In this document: in pieces, positions 39,273 through 48,471 of the stretch
How positions within the stretch are numbered: the stretch's first letter is position 1
Layout: every line of letters starts with the position of its first letter
IMG/VR virus record: IMGVR_UViG_3300006117_000001
Span: 1,559-65,558 of that record
Length of the DNA: 64,000 bases
Direction: 5' to 3' (one strand)
Source of the DNA: a virus
Lineage: Duplodnaviria > Caudoviricetes
Translations under genes and position numbers: made by a program
The notes under the pieces: generated by a model
Seen by the model: the letters and a program-made list of their open reading frames with translations, nothing else
Databases searched by the model: none
Told to the model about the DNA's origin: nothing

Positions 39273-42103
39273 CTTTCGTAAACGCATCAAGCGCAACCAC
39301 TTTACTGTTGTTTTTAAGACAGTAGGTAAGCGCAAAGTTATTATACAAAACGAAAAGTGTATAATAACTTTTCGTTTTAAAATGCAAAAGATCAGAAGAG
39401 CGCATCAAGGTCATCGCAATAAGGTATTTGGTAGTCTTACCCAATTGAGAATGAGACGCATTTACGGAATTAGGCCGACAGTACCGCAGTTAAGGAGATA
39501 GTATGGAGTACAAAGACTTAGCAATAAATGGGTTTACATTTAGGTTTATTAAAGAAGATAATGAGTGGGTGTGCAAGATGCCAACGTGGTTGATTACTGC
39601 CGCAGAGGATATGCTTAGTGCAAATTACAAGAGAGAACAACGGCTGCAACAGCTATTAGATGAGGACAGAGAATGACTAACGAGAACCAAAAGCCAGTGA
39701 CCGATGATTATCGCAACAACTGGGAACAAGTGTTTAAGAAGAGCAACACAACCAAAACAACTGAGCTTGAAGACTACCAAAAACTCGCACAAGAGATTTG
39801 GTTCAAGGACGGCTCATGCACAGGAGGAAAAGCAGAATGAACAATGAACCAGTAGCGTGGATGGATAAAGAAAGCAATATCACCATGATTGGTGGTATTT
39901 ACCCAAAAAAGCTAGAGCAATATTTAAGCGTATTAGAATCTAGGATTATTGCTTTGGAATCCCATCCAGCAAAGACACTAACAGATGAGGAAATAGAGCA
40001 AGTGTGGACTGAGGTAACTTGTCAAGAGCTAAATGTTCCGTACAGTTTTGCTAGAGCAATACTAAGAAAGGCAAGCGAGAAATGAACGCACATGAACTAG
40101 CAGACCTTATTGATACTGGGATATTCCCAGAAGGTACATTGGCCCTTGCCACCAAAATGTTACGCAATCAGGCCAAGGAGATCGAGAGCCTACAGGAGCA
40201 CTTTGACAAGGCGCTGGACTTTCTGACACGCCTTAACACTGGAGGCAAACAGTAATGCTCACTGTCAAGCAGTACTTAGAGATATTTAAGTTCTCAAGCG
40301 TTGACAATCTAAAAAACATCAAGCGCGTGTTGTTTATGTCACATAGCACCGAGGACTTAAAGAACCGGTACGACGCAGTAAAGATTGCGCTAGGTGAAGA
40401 ATGAGCCACGACTACCAAGACATCGAGCAGATCGTCGCATACCTGAACAAGCAAAGTGACGGCGTGGCAAACGTCTACGCCAAGACGGCGAGCATGTTAG
40501 ACTCGTTGTCAAAGGATAGGGCGCGTCTTGAGCAAAGAGTGGTAGACTTGGAGGAGCGTATCAGCAACATGGAGCAGTGGGAGAGGCGCTACCTTGACGT
40601 GATAGAATCACTAAGCCAAGACAGCAAGGCGGCGCTTAAGGAGTCACTTCGCACTTATGACGGGAGACTAGAATGAACGCAAATGAACTAGCTGATGAGC
40701 TGGAAAAATGTATTAGAGATGGTTCAACAGATTTAGTATGCGTTGACCAAGCAGCCACCATGCTACGCCAGCAACAAGCTGAAATAGAGGCATTAAACCA
40801 GCGCATTGAGCGCATGATTGAGAACCAAAGTCATCACGAAGGTATTGCACACGCTGGTGGGTTTGAACAAGGCCATGAGGTAGGACGTCAACTTGGCATG
40901 AAGCAAGAGCGAGCAATGTGGGAACTAGCCGCATCGACACAGGAGATAATGAAATGACTACATTTACCACACAAGACCGGCAAGATGCAGAGCGCACCCC
41001 GCTGAGCGACCAAGAGTTACTTAAAATGGCAGCAGATAAGTTTCATTACACCGAGTACAAACTAGCAATCGAGTTCGCCCGCGCCATTGAACGAGCCCAT
41101 GGAATTGGTGATACGTATCACCAGATGGAGGACTAATGAGCTTCACCATCTACCAACACAACGGACTCAAAGTCATCCAGTGGTTTGCCACAGTTGATGA
41201 GCTGATTGCCAGCATGCTGGCCAACCCTAACGACGCATACCATAGGAATGTATGAAAACCAAAATATATGTATGGTGGATTAAACTACAAGCAAACCACA
41301 TACCTTGGACTAAGCTGTACAAGTACCGAGTGCGTGAGTGGGAAAGTATGAAAGAGACCAATAGAATTCTTAATGGCTTTTGGTTTGGTGACCACAAAAA
41401 CAATTTAGAACAAAAAACAGATTGGGATACTATAAAAGAAATGGTGAAAAATCACAATGACTGAGATCGCCCTATCATTCTTCATCGGCTTTTTGGTTGG
41501 CCTTGTGATGCGTCCAAAAAATAAAGACATCAAAGAGCAAACTGACATCTATAATCGCAAGTACCAAGAGTACGAGACTGAAATTAAGTACTACAAAGAC
41601 CTGTGCAAATGGCACGTAGAGCAAAAGGAAAAGAAATGACTGACGACATCCAGTTTACTATGACATTTGAGAGTAACAACGACGATGGTTCAGCAAACTA
41701 CAAGCTTGACCTAAATGAGTACACTACCAGTAAGTTAGTGGAGATTGGTGTGATTGCGTTACTTAAAGAGCACATTGCCCAAGAGCAAGCTAAAAGAGGC
41801 AACATTTACATTAGAGCAAAAATCTTAATAGGAAAGATCATGGACAAATTAAAAGTAATCAAGCCTGCAATTAAAGAAAAGTCTGGTAAGGTAGTGCCAG
41901 CAAAATCAATCAAAGAAAACCACGATGACATTATCAAGCGCGAAGGTAAAGCAGCTAAGGGAGCTAAGCGTGAGTTTGTGCTGTCAGACAAAACCGTAGC
42001 TACTCGCACCAAAGCAGCCAAGGTAGCAAAGGCAGCCGGTGAGGTAAAGAACCCAGGCAAAAAACTACACAGCCATGAACTACGTAAGGCACTCAAAAAA
42101 TAA
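39244..42103 (+). other. Cluster of small accessory ORFs
   Basis: Many coupled short ORFs (e.g. 39837, 40082, 40401, 40673, 40954, 41252, 41457, 41637). Confidence 0.55.
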
Positions 42104-42693
42104 TGAAAAAGCGCCCATATTACATTGCCGACACCGGCTTTTTTGGAGCCAAAGTGTTTATTTGCTTTTCTGATATGTCGTTTCAGCAAGCACTTAAAGA
42201 CAGCAAAATAACAACTCGCCATAATGCTTTAGATTTAGGCATTGCTGAGTCACATTTTATTCAGCAAGAAGGCACCCACAACAGTATGCTAGCGATTGCG
42301 TTTAACTATGATGAGATGGCAAAAACCGACGCGTTAGAACGGATGGGTACTATCTATCATGAGGTCTCGCACACAGTCACTCATATTTTTGAGTACATTG
42401 GTGAAGACGACGCTAAGATTGGTGACGAGGCTCGCTCCTATCTTGGAGAGCATGTATTTAAGCAAGTATTTTCAGCCTACGCAACGGAGGAAGACAGACG
42501 TGAGCGTCTTAGAAAAAGAAATAGAGAAGCACTTATTAACCTCAGTAGTAAAAGCGGGGGGACGCAGCTTCAAGTGGATATCAACAGTGACGGGAGTGCC
42601 GGATCGGATAGTGTTCCTAAACCAAAACGTGTATCTCGTAGAACTAAAGACGCAAACCGGGAAACTGAGCAAGAGACAAGAACTGGTTTTTGA
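42103..42693 (+). CDS. HExxH metallopeptidase-like protein
   Basis: TIYHEVSH...DEARSYL; 3' part overlaps VRR-NUC. Confidence 0.5.
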   Translation: MKKRPYYIADTGFFGAKVFICFSDMSFQQALKDSKITTRHNALDLGIAESHFIQQEGTHNSMLAIAFNYDEMAKTDALERMGTIYHEVSHTVTHIFEYIGEDDAKIGDEARSYLGEHVFKQVFSAYATEEDRRERLRKRNREALINLSSKSGGTQLQVDINSDGSAGSDSVPKPKRVSRRTKDANRETEQETRTGF

Positions 42694-42787
42694 TGATCTG
42701 GGTGAGCAGGGCTTTCCTGTTCACGTTCTACGCAGCAAAGAAGACGTTGAGGATTTTGTAAATGGCACGACAAAAGCTGAGTGTTAA
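42500..42787 (+). CDS. VRR-NUC nuclease
   Basis: LEKEIE...GVPDRIV...VELK...GKLS..Q; GTG start with GGAGG RBS. Confidence 0.85.
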   Translation: MSVLEKEIEKHLLTSVVKAGGRSFKWISTVTGVPDRIVFLNQNVYLVELKTQTGKLSKRQELVFDDLGEQGFPVHVLRSKEDVEDFVNGTTKAEC

Positions 42788-43127
42788 AGATAAGCATATT
42801 GGTAGAGCATTTGAGTGGGCAAAAAGAAGAGCTAGAGTAAAAAATATTCCATTCACAATAACGAGGGAATATTTACGAGCCATTGCTGCAGATGAATGCC
42901 CAATATTTGAAACGCATTTTGAGTGGGGGCACTCTGGCCTTGGTGTCGGCAAATCCAAACCAGATGGGCCACAGTTAGATCGAATTGTCCCTGAACTAGG
43001 ATACGTTGAAGGCAACGTGGCCTTTATTTCACACAGGGCAAACCGCATTAAAAGCGAAGGTACCATGCAAGAACATTACGCTATAGCAGATTGGATTTGG
43101 AACAGCACCCATGTTAGCAAGAAGTAA
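42762..43127 (+). CDS. HNH-like endonuclease
   Basis: CPIF...LDRIVPELGYVEGNV.FIS.RAN.IK. Confidence 0.7.
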   Translation: MARQKLSVKDKHIGRAFEWAKRRARVKNIPFTITREYLRAIAADECPIFETHFEWGHSGLGVGKSKPDGPQLDRIVPELGYVEGNVAFISHRANRIKSEGTMQEHYAIADWIWNSTHVSKK

Positions 43128-44454
43128 CCTTCACCAATATCAAACCGACCTTATTGAGAAAGCAAAATCATGCCAAAACATGGGATTATTCCTGCCACCT
43201 GGACTTGGAAAGACGACCACGACGTTGACGATTATTGCCGAGCAGTTCAAGGGGAAAACGCTTATCGTAGCGCCAAAGAGGGTAGCGGAAACAGTATGGC
43301 AACAAGAAACGCAGAAGTGGAGCCACCTAACCCACTTACGCGTATCGAAGATCATGGGCAATCCGACGCAGAGATTGTCCGCCTTGAATTCGGACGCAGA
43401 TATCTATCTGATAAACCTTGAGAATGTAGTTTGGCTCACCGACGCCCAGCCTAAGTTAGTGTTCACTAACTTAGTAATAGATGAGAGTAGTCGGTTTAAA
43501 GACCCATCAACTAAGCGTTTTAAGGCACTTAAGAAGCATTTAAAGGGCTTTTCTAGGCGTTTAATTCTCACTGGCACACCTACCCCTCAAGGTATGGGTG
43601 ATCTCTGGTCTCAGGTGGGCATATTGGACTTAGGAGAGCGTTTGGAGACTAGCTTGACCCGCTTTAGGGACAAGTACATGATGCCAGACCAAATGAACAG
43701 GCATACACGTGTGGTATATAGCTGGAAGTTAAAGGAAAATGCAGATCAGAGTATTAAAAATAAAATTGCAGATATTTGTTTTAGTCTTAAAGCTGAGGAT
43801 TACCTACAGCTACCGGCTCTTACAACGCTTTATCACCAAGTTGAAATAGATAAAAACGTAAGGAAACAATATGAGCAACTTAGAAAAGAGATGGTTGTGG
43901 ACATCCAAAAAGAACGGATCACAGCTCCAACCGCAGCAACACTGGCGAACAAACTGCTCCAGTTCACATCGGGAGCGATCTACAATGAAGACGGAGAGAC
44001 TCAAGAAATACACCGTTCTAAGTTGGAATATCTTGAGTCGGTCATGGAAGAGACCTCCTCCCCAGCGCTTGTCTTCTATCACTTCAAGCACAGTTTGCAA
44101 AGGATTAGGCAAACTTTCCCGTACGCCATGGTCCTGGACGATGACAACATTGAGGCGTGGCGTCGTGGCAAGATTCGTATGCTACTCGCACACCCACAAT
44201 CAGGGGGCATCGGGCTTAATCTCCAGTGCAACGTTGGAGAGACAGCACAAACCGTGTGGTATGACTTACCGTGGAGCTCAGAAAACTACATCCAAGCCAA
44301 TGCTCGGGTTTACCGCCAAGGGCAAACGGTGCCGGTTATCTTACACCATTTGGTAGTGTCAAAAAGTATTGACGAGCAAGTTGTCAAAGTATTAGAGGGC
44401 AAAATAAATTTACAGCAAGCGTTATTAGATGCCCTAAATTGCGTATTAGTGTGA
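43111..44454 (+). CDS. SNF2-family helicase
   Basis: GLGKT, IDES, LTGTP, GIGLNLQ, QANARVYRQGQ. Confidence 0.9.
   Translation: MLARSNLHQYQTDLIEKAKSCQNMGLFLPPGLGKTTTTLTIIAEQFKGKTLIVAPKRVAETVWQQETQKWSHLTHLRVSKIMGNPTQRLSALNSDADIYLINLENVVWLTDAQPKLVFTNLVIDESSRFKDPSTKRFKALKKHLKGFSRRLILTGTPTPQGMGDLWSQVGILDLGERLETSLTRFRDKYMMPDQMNRHTRVVYSWKLKENADQSIKNKIADICFSLKAEDYLQLPALTTLYHQVEIDKNVRKQYEQLRKEMVVDIQKERITAPTAATLANKLLQFTSGAIYNEDGETQEIHRSKLEYLESVMEETSSPALVFYHFKHSLQRIRQTFPYAMVLDDDNIEAWRRGKIRMLLAHPQSGGIGLNLQCNVGETAQTVWYDLPWSSENYIQANARVYRQGQTVPVILHHLVVSKSIDEQVVKVLEGKINLQQALLDALNCVLV
44441..44450 (+). promoter_or_regulatory. -10-only phage promoter GCGTATTAGT
   Basis: Exact decamer; ATG at 44457, 6 nt downstream. 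Confidence 0.6.
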
Positions 44455-44456
44455 CC

Positions 44457-44762
44457 ATGAAAGCAAAAAATATAATAAAAGCTGCAACACCCAGATTATC
44501 AGATGAAGAGCTAGATCCACTAGAGCAAGACGACAACGACGGCACTTCTGTGGATATGATGGAGGCATACTTTCCATGGAATCCAGAGGACATTGCAGAC
44601 ATTAGAAGATTGATAGATGAGCAGATGCCCAAGAAACAACGCTTTATATTTCAAGCATTTTTGGAAGGTTTGACGCACGAAGATATTATGGTAACTGAAA
44701 AGTACTGGCGGTATCACTTTTCAAAAGGTGTAGATTTTATTAAAGAGGAGCTTGGCCTATGA
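44457..44762 (+). CDS. Sigma region-4-like small protein
   Basis: Acidic linker then IRRLIDEQMPKKQRFIFQAFLEGLTHEDI...YHFSKGVDFIK, resembling sigma4. Confidence 0.55.
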   Translation: MKAKNIIKAATPRLSDEELDPLEQDDNDGTSVDMMEAYFPWNPEDIADIRRLIDEQMPKKQRFIFQAFLEGLTHEDIMVTEKYWRYHFSKGVDFIKEELGL

Positions 44763-45226
44763 GCCACTTTAAAGACTTGTTTGATTATAAAGATGGAAAA
44801 CTATTTAGGAAAACAAAAGTTGCAGGAAATGTAAAAATTGGTGAAGAAGCTGGTTGGTTTGATAACAAAGGATACCGAAAAGTTTCCATTAACAAAAAAA
44901 CATACGGTGTCCATCAAATAATATTTGAAATGCACCATGGGTATATTCCTGAAATGGTAGACCACAGAGACGGAAACCCAAGCAACAATGACATTAATAA
45001 TTTACGTGCGGCAACAAGGGGACAAAATATTAGTAACCAAAAAGCCAGAGGAAAATCCAAAATTAAAAATGTTTATTGGGCTCCAAGACAAAAAAGTTGG
45101 CGTGTAAATATGCGCATAAATGGTAAAAATACACATATTGGCTACTTTAAAGATTTAGAACTGGCTGAACTTGTTGCCGTTGAATCAAGAGAAAAATATC
45201 ATAAGGAGTTTGCTAACCATGTCTAA
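44759..45226 (+). CDS. HNH endonuclease with AP2-like C-terminus
   Basis: VDHRDGNPSNN.INNLR.AT..QN; KNVYW...W...IGYF. Confidence 0.85.
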   Translation: MSHFKDLFDYKDGKLFRKTKVAGNVKIGEEAGWFDNKGYRKVSINKKTYGVHQIIFEMHHGYIPEMVDHRDGNPSNNDINNLRAATRGQNISNQKARGKSKIKNVYWAPRQKSWRVNMRINGKNTHIGYFKDLELAELVAVESREKYHKEFANHV

Positions 45227-45387
45227 TTTTATTGTAGAGCATAACTACAAAGGCAATTATGTTATGGAAACGATTACTGGTGTGGAAGATCTTGACACTA
45301 GCCAGTATAAAGATATATTGGGAATCTGGGTTTGTGACAGCTTTGAAGAGTTACAGATCATGGAAAAAGAATTAAAGGAGATGAGAA

Positions 45388-45627
45388 ATGCAAGACCCCG
45401 TCAACAAGCCTAGTCACTATACGAGTCATCCGTCGGGAATTGATTGTATCCAAATTACCGAGCATATGAGCTTTAACCTTGGTAACGCTATCAAGTATAT
45501 TTGGCGAGCAGATTTAAAGAACGATGCAATTGAAGATTTGCGTAAAGCAGAGTGGTACATTCGCAGAGAGATTGAGAAGCGTACACCAACAATGAAACAA
45601 CGCATAAATGAGGAGTGTGGAAAATGA
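45388..45627 (+). CDS. DUF3310-like protein
   Basis: DPVNKPSHY...GNAIKYIWRA..K...EDLRKAEWY. Confidence 0.75.
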   Translation: MQDPVNKPSHYTSHPSGIDCIQITEHMSFNLGNAIKYIWRADLKNDAIEDLRKAEWYIRREIEKRTPTMKQRINEECGK

Positions 45628-46564
45628 TTTTAGAAATTGATGATGATATGGTTGACACCATTATTCAAAGTGCATTGGTTAAAGACTATGTCCATTTAAC
45701 AGCTGACCTAAAAGCTTACAAGAAAAACCCCAATCATTTGCACGAAGATGACGCAGCAGCTTATGCTGAAGTAGTTAAGGGTATTGAAATTTTGGCTCGC
45801 TGGTATTTTTGCAATGGTGAATTTGAAAAGTCTGTCAAACTTGCTAGGAAGAAAAAATGAAAAAATATACAGCAGGCGATTTAGAACAAGCCATCATGCA
45901 GTGCTGGCAAACCAGCGATGATTTAGAGTTGTTCTTTCGATACCATGGCGACGCGCCAACACCAATGACAGAAGATGAAGTGTCTAATGGATTGTTGGGT
46001 ATTAAATTACTAAATGACATGCGTATTTGGAATGCGCAAGACATACACTGCAGAGTGTTTGAACTAAATCAGTACTGCACTGATCCAGAAAAGTTAACAA
46101 CAAGAGAAGCATTATTCCCCGATTTTCCAATTAAAAAGAAAGGTAGTAAAAAATGAGCGAAGAAAAAGTAATTGACAGTGGTTTAGACAACGAGATTTTG
46201 ACATTCCGTTTTTCTGTAAAAGCAACTAATGGTTTGCTACAGATTTTAGGAAACGCACCCTTTGTCGCATCCGCTGGCTATATCCAAGATTTGCAAACCC
46301 AAGCTGGTCCGCAAATTGAAACATTGGTAGCGAAACAAAATGAATCTGAAACAGCTTCTTAAGCGAGCAGGTGTAAGCAATAACATCATAGCTGAGGTTG
46401 AGCGTAAGGCCAAAATGACCACAGCACAGCAGGAAATTGAGCATCAAGAAAAGGCTGCTGCAATGGCCAAAATGATGCTCAATGATGTTATGCCGCATCT
46501 GCACAGCGCAATGAGTAAAACACCCCCGTCTAAACCCAAAAAGACAATTATCATTCCAGATTAG
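45615..46564 (+). other. Four small hypothetical ORFs (45615, 45857, 46153, 46340)
   Basis: Coupled 69-99 aa ORFs. Confidence 0.5.
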
Positions 46565-46593
46565 GGCGGTTTTTCCCCAAAAAGCGTATTAGT
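46561..46593 (+). promoter_or_regulatory. Putative phage late promoter TTAGGGCG-N15-GCGTATTAGT
   Basis: Exact bipartite motif, the only plus-strand copy seen. Confidence 0.75.
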
Positions 46594-46724
46594 AGATATA
46601 GGGGATAATCTCAGCTCGTCGGGATGACGCCTTTTATCCCTGCGCTGTAAAGAAAGCACAAGGCTGCCGGCTCGCCTTCATAGAAAGCCGGCAATTTCAC
46701 TCACTCACACACAGGAGATTTACC

Positions 46725-46967
46725 ATGAACGCATACGAACTGCGCTTTGCCACATTTTATCAGGCTAAAGAGTTTTTAGAGAACCAGTATAAGGCCAATT
46801 TGGCTACTTGGGATTTGTTGGACAAGGCCAGTAAAGAAGCACTTGACCTTATGCCAAAGTTCCCAACATTGACAGAAGTGATCGACAAGGCAGTTGAGAT
46901 CAATCAGTTTGTTAGTGACGCAAATGTTGCTGAGATTAAAAAGGCAACCAAGCGACTAACAATGTAG
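46725..46967 (+). CDS. Hypothetical protein
   Basis: MNAYELR...FPT..EVI.KA..IN.FVS; strong AGGAG RBS. Confidence 0.6.
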   Translation: MNAYELRFATFYQAKEFLENQYKANLATWDLLDKASKEALDLMPKFPTLTEVIDKAVEINQFVSDANVAEIKKATKRLTM

Positions 46968-46972
46968 TAACA

Positions 46973-47047
46973 GCCCCGTTAGCACAGCGTTAGTGCAGCA
47001 CTTTTGTAAAGTGAAGGTCGGAAGTTAGAATCTTTCACGGGGCACCA
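46973..47047 (+). tRNA. tRNA-Thr(UGU), slightly atypical
   Basis: Acceptor GCCCCGT/ACGGGGC, anticodon loop TTTGTAA, T-loop TTAGAAT, encoded CCA. Confidence 0.75.
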
Positions 47048-47048
47048 A

Positions 47049-47123
47049 GGGGGATTAGTGATAATGGGAGCACATATGCTTTGCAAGCATGAGGTGGGAG
47101 TTCGATTCTCCCATCCTCCACCA
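47049..47123 (+). tRNA. tRNA-Ala(UGC)
   Basis: Acceptor GGGGGAT/ATCCTCC with G3:U70, anticodon loop TTTGCAA, GTTCGA T-loop, encoded CCA. Confidence 0.9.
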
Positions 47124-47141
47124 ATTAATTAGGAGATAATT

Positions 47142-47294
47142 ATGGCAACTAAACCAGGATTGTACGCAAACGTCCATGCTAAACAAGAGCGCATCAAGGC
47201 TGGCTCAGGCGAGAAAATGAGAAAGCCAGGTACTAAAGGCGCGCCCACAGCCAAAGCATTTAAAGAATCAGCAAAGACTGCGAATACAAAATAA
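47142..47294 (+). CDS. Small basic protein (50 aa)
   Basis: Read manually: MATKPGLYANVHAKQERIKAGSGEKMRKPG...; AGGAG RBS. Confidence 0.65.
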   Translation: MATKPGLYANVHAKQERIKAGSGEKMRKPGTKGAPTAKAFKESAKTANTK

Positions 47295-47584
47295 TGGACG
47301 ACTTTAAAAAACTGCCTAAGATGAAAACTGGCGGCAGTGTCTCGTTAGCAGTAGGGCGCGGTGAAAAGTTACCAGTATCCCAAGGTGCTGGACTGACTGC
47401 CAAGGGGAGAGCTAAGTACAATGCAGCAACTGGCTCACATCTCAAAGCGCCGCAACCAGAGGGCGGCCCTCGTAAAAAATCATTTTGCGCTCGTATGTCT
47501 GGCATGCCAGGCCCTATGAAGGACGAGAATGGCAAACCAACACGCAAAGCAGCAAGTCTAAAAAGGTGGAAATGTGGTAGCTAA
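47294..47584 (+). CDS. Basic protein, putative capsid-internal
   Basis: GLTAKGRAKYN...RKKSFCARM; N-terminal 10 aa identical to ORF 4496. Confidence 0.6.
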   Translation: MDDFKKLPKMKTGGSVSLAVGRGEKLPVSQGAGLTAKGRAKYNAATGSHLKAPQPEGGPRKKSFCARMSGMPGPMKDENGKPTRKAASLKRWKCGS

Positions 47585-47969
47585 AAAATCACCCCCAAAT
47601 AAAAAGAAGTTTACCGAGGAAATGGCGCAAATCATTTTGGAACTCGGTAAGCAAGGTGCATCCCAAAAATCCATGTACGCTGCAATACACATTAGTAAGT
47701 CCACTGCGGCTAAGTGGAAAGAAGAGAACCCAAAGTTTGCTGAGACTATGTCTATGGCAACGACTTATGGTCAGTCTTACTGGGAATCATTGATGCTAGC
47801 CAATGTGGAAAACAAAGCGTTTAATTCACGCGTCGCTGAGCTGGCGTTAAAGGGACAATACCCAGAAGACTACGGCCAACAGCGCGTTGACTTAAAAGCA
47901 AACATCAGGCAAGAGGTCACAATTGACTTTGACAAAGAAATAGCTGAACTAATGGAAATGCTAAAGTAG
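47574..47969 (+). CDS. Terminase small subunit candidate
   Basis: N-terminal HTH (GAS......I.IS.ST...W...P.F), QSYWE helix, C-terminal beta strand. Confidence 0.55.
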   Translation: MVAKKSPPNKKKFTEEMAQIILELGKQGASQKSMYAAIHISKSTAAKWKEENPKFAETMSMATTYGQSYWESLMLANVENKAFNSRVAELALKGQYPEDYGQQRVDLKANIRQEVTIDFDKEIAELMEMLK

Positions 47970-48054
47970 TACTAATCAACGGGGAATAGGCTTAGCGGCC
48001 GTGCCAGTGCTCATTCACTGGCTACCCACCAAACAACCAATGAGGGTTATATCA

Positions 48055-48471
48055 ATGAAGCAATGCACTAGTTGCAAAGAAATAAAGCCAAAAGAGCAGT
48101 TTTTAAAAGATAACAAAAATAAAGACGGTTTGCGTTATGAATGTAAACCATGTCATAATTTGCGAAATAGACTTTGGCATAAAAATAATAAAGAACGCGG
48201 AAAAAACAATTATTTAAAACGCTTATATGGCATAACTTTGCAAGAAAAGTTAAAAATGGCAAAACTTCAAAATAATAAATGCGCTATTTGTAATAAAGAA
48301 TTTGTTGAAGAAGTTGATATTTGCGTGGACCACAACCATGATACTGGAGTAATAAGACAACTTCTTTGCAATCCATGTAATCGAGGGCTAGGACAATTTC
48401 AAGATTCCGCGCAAATATTAAAGTCTGCTATAATGTATTTAAACAAACACGCTAAAAAGGAAGCTGCATGA
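48055..48471 (+). CDS. Endonuclease VII-like homing endonuclease
   Basis: YGIT...Q..KCAIC...VDHNHDTG.IR.LLC..CN.GLG. Confidence 0.85.
   Translation: MKQCTSCKEIKPKEQFLKDNKNKDGLRYECKPCHNLRNRLWHKNNKERGKNNYLKRLYGITLQEKLKMAKLQNNKCAICNKEFVEEVDICVDHNHDTGVIRQLLCNPCNRGLGQFQDSAQILKSAIMYLNKHAKKEAA

Noticed and set aside
41603-42103. Stop-codon recoding or programmed fusion in ORF 41603
   Set aside because: It looks like two genes in frame (internal ATG at 41840 with an RBS), but all three stop codons terminate genes normally elsewhere in the window.
46973-47123. tRNAs as attachment sites
   Set aside because: No integrase and no duplicated tRNA 3' end was seen.
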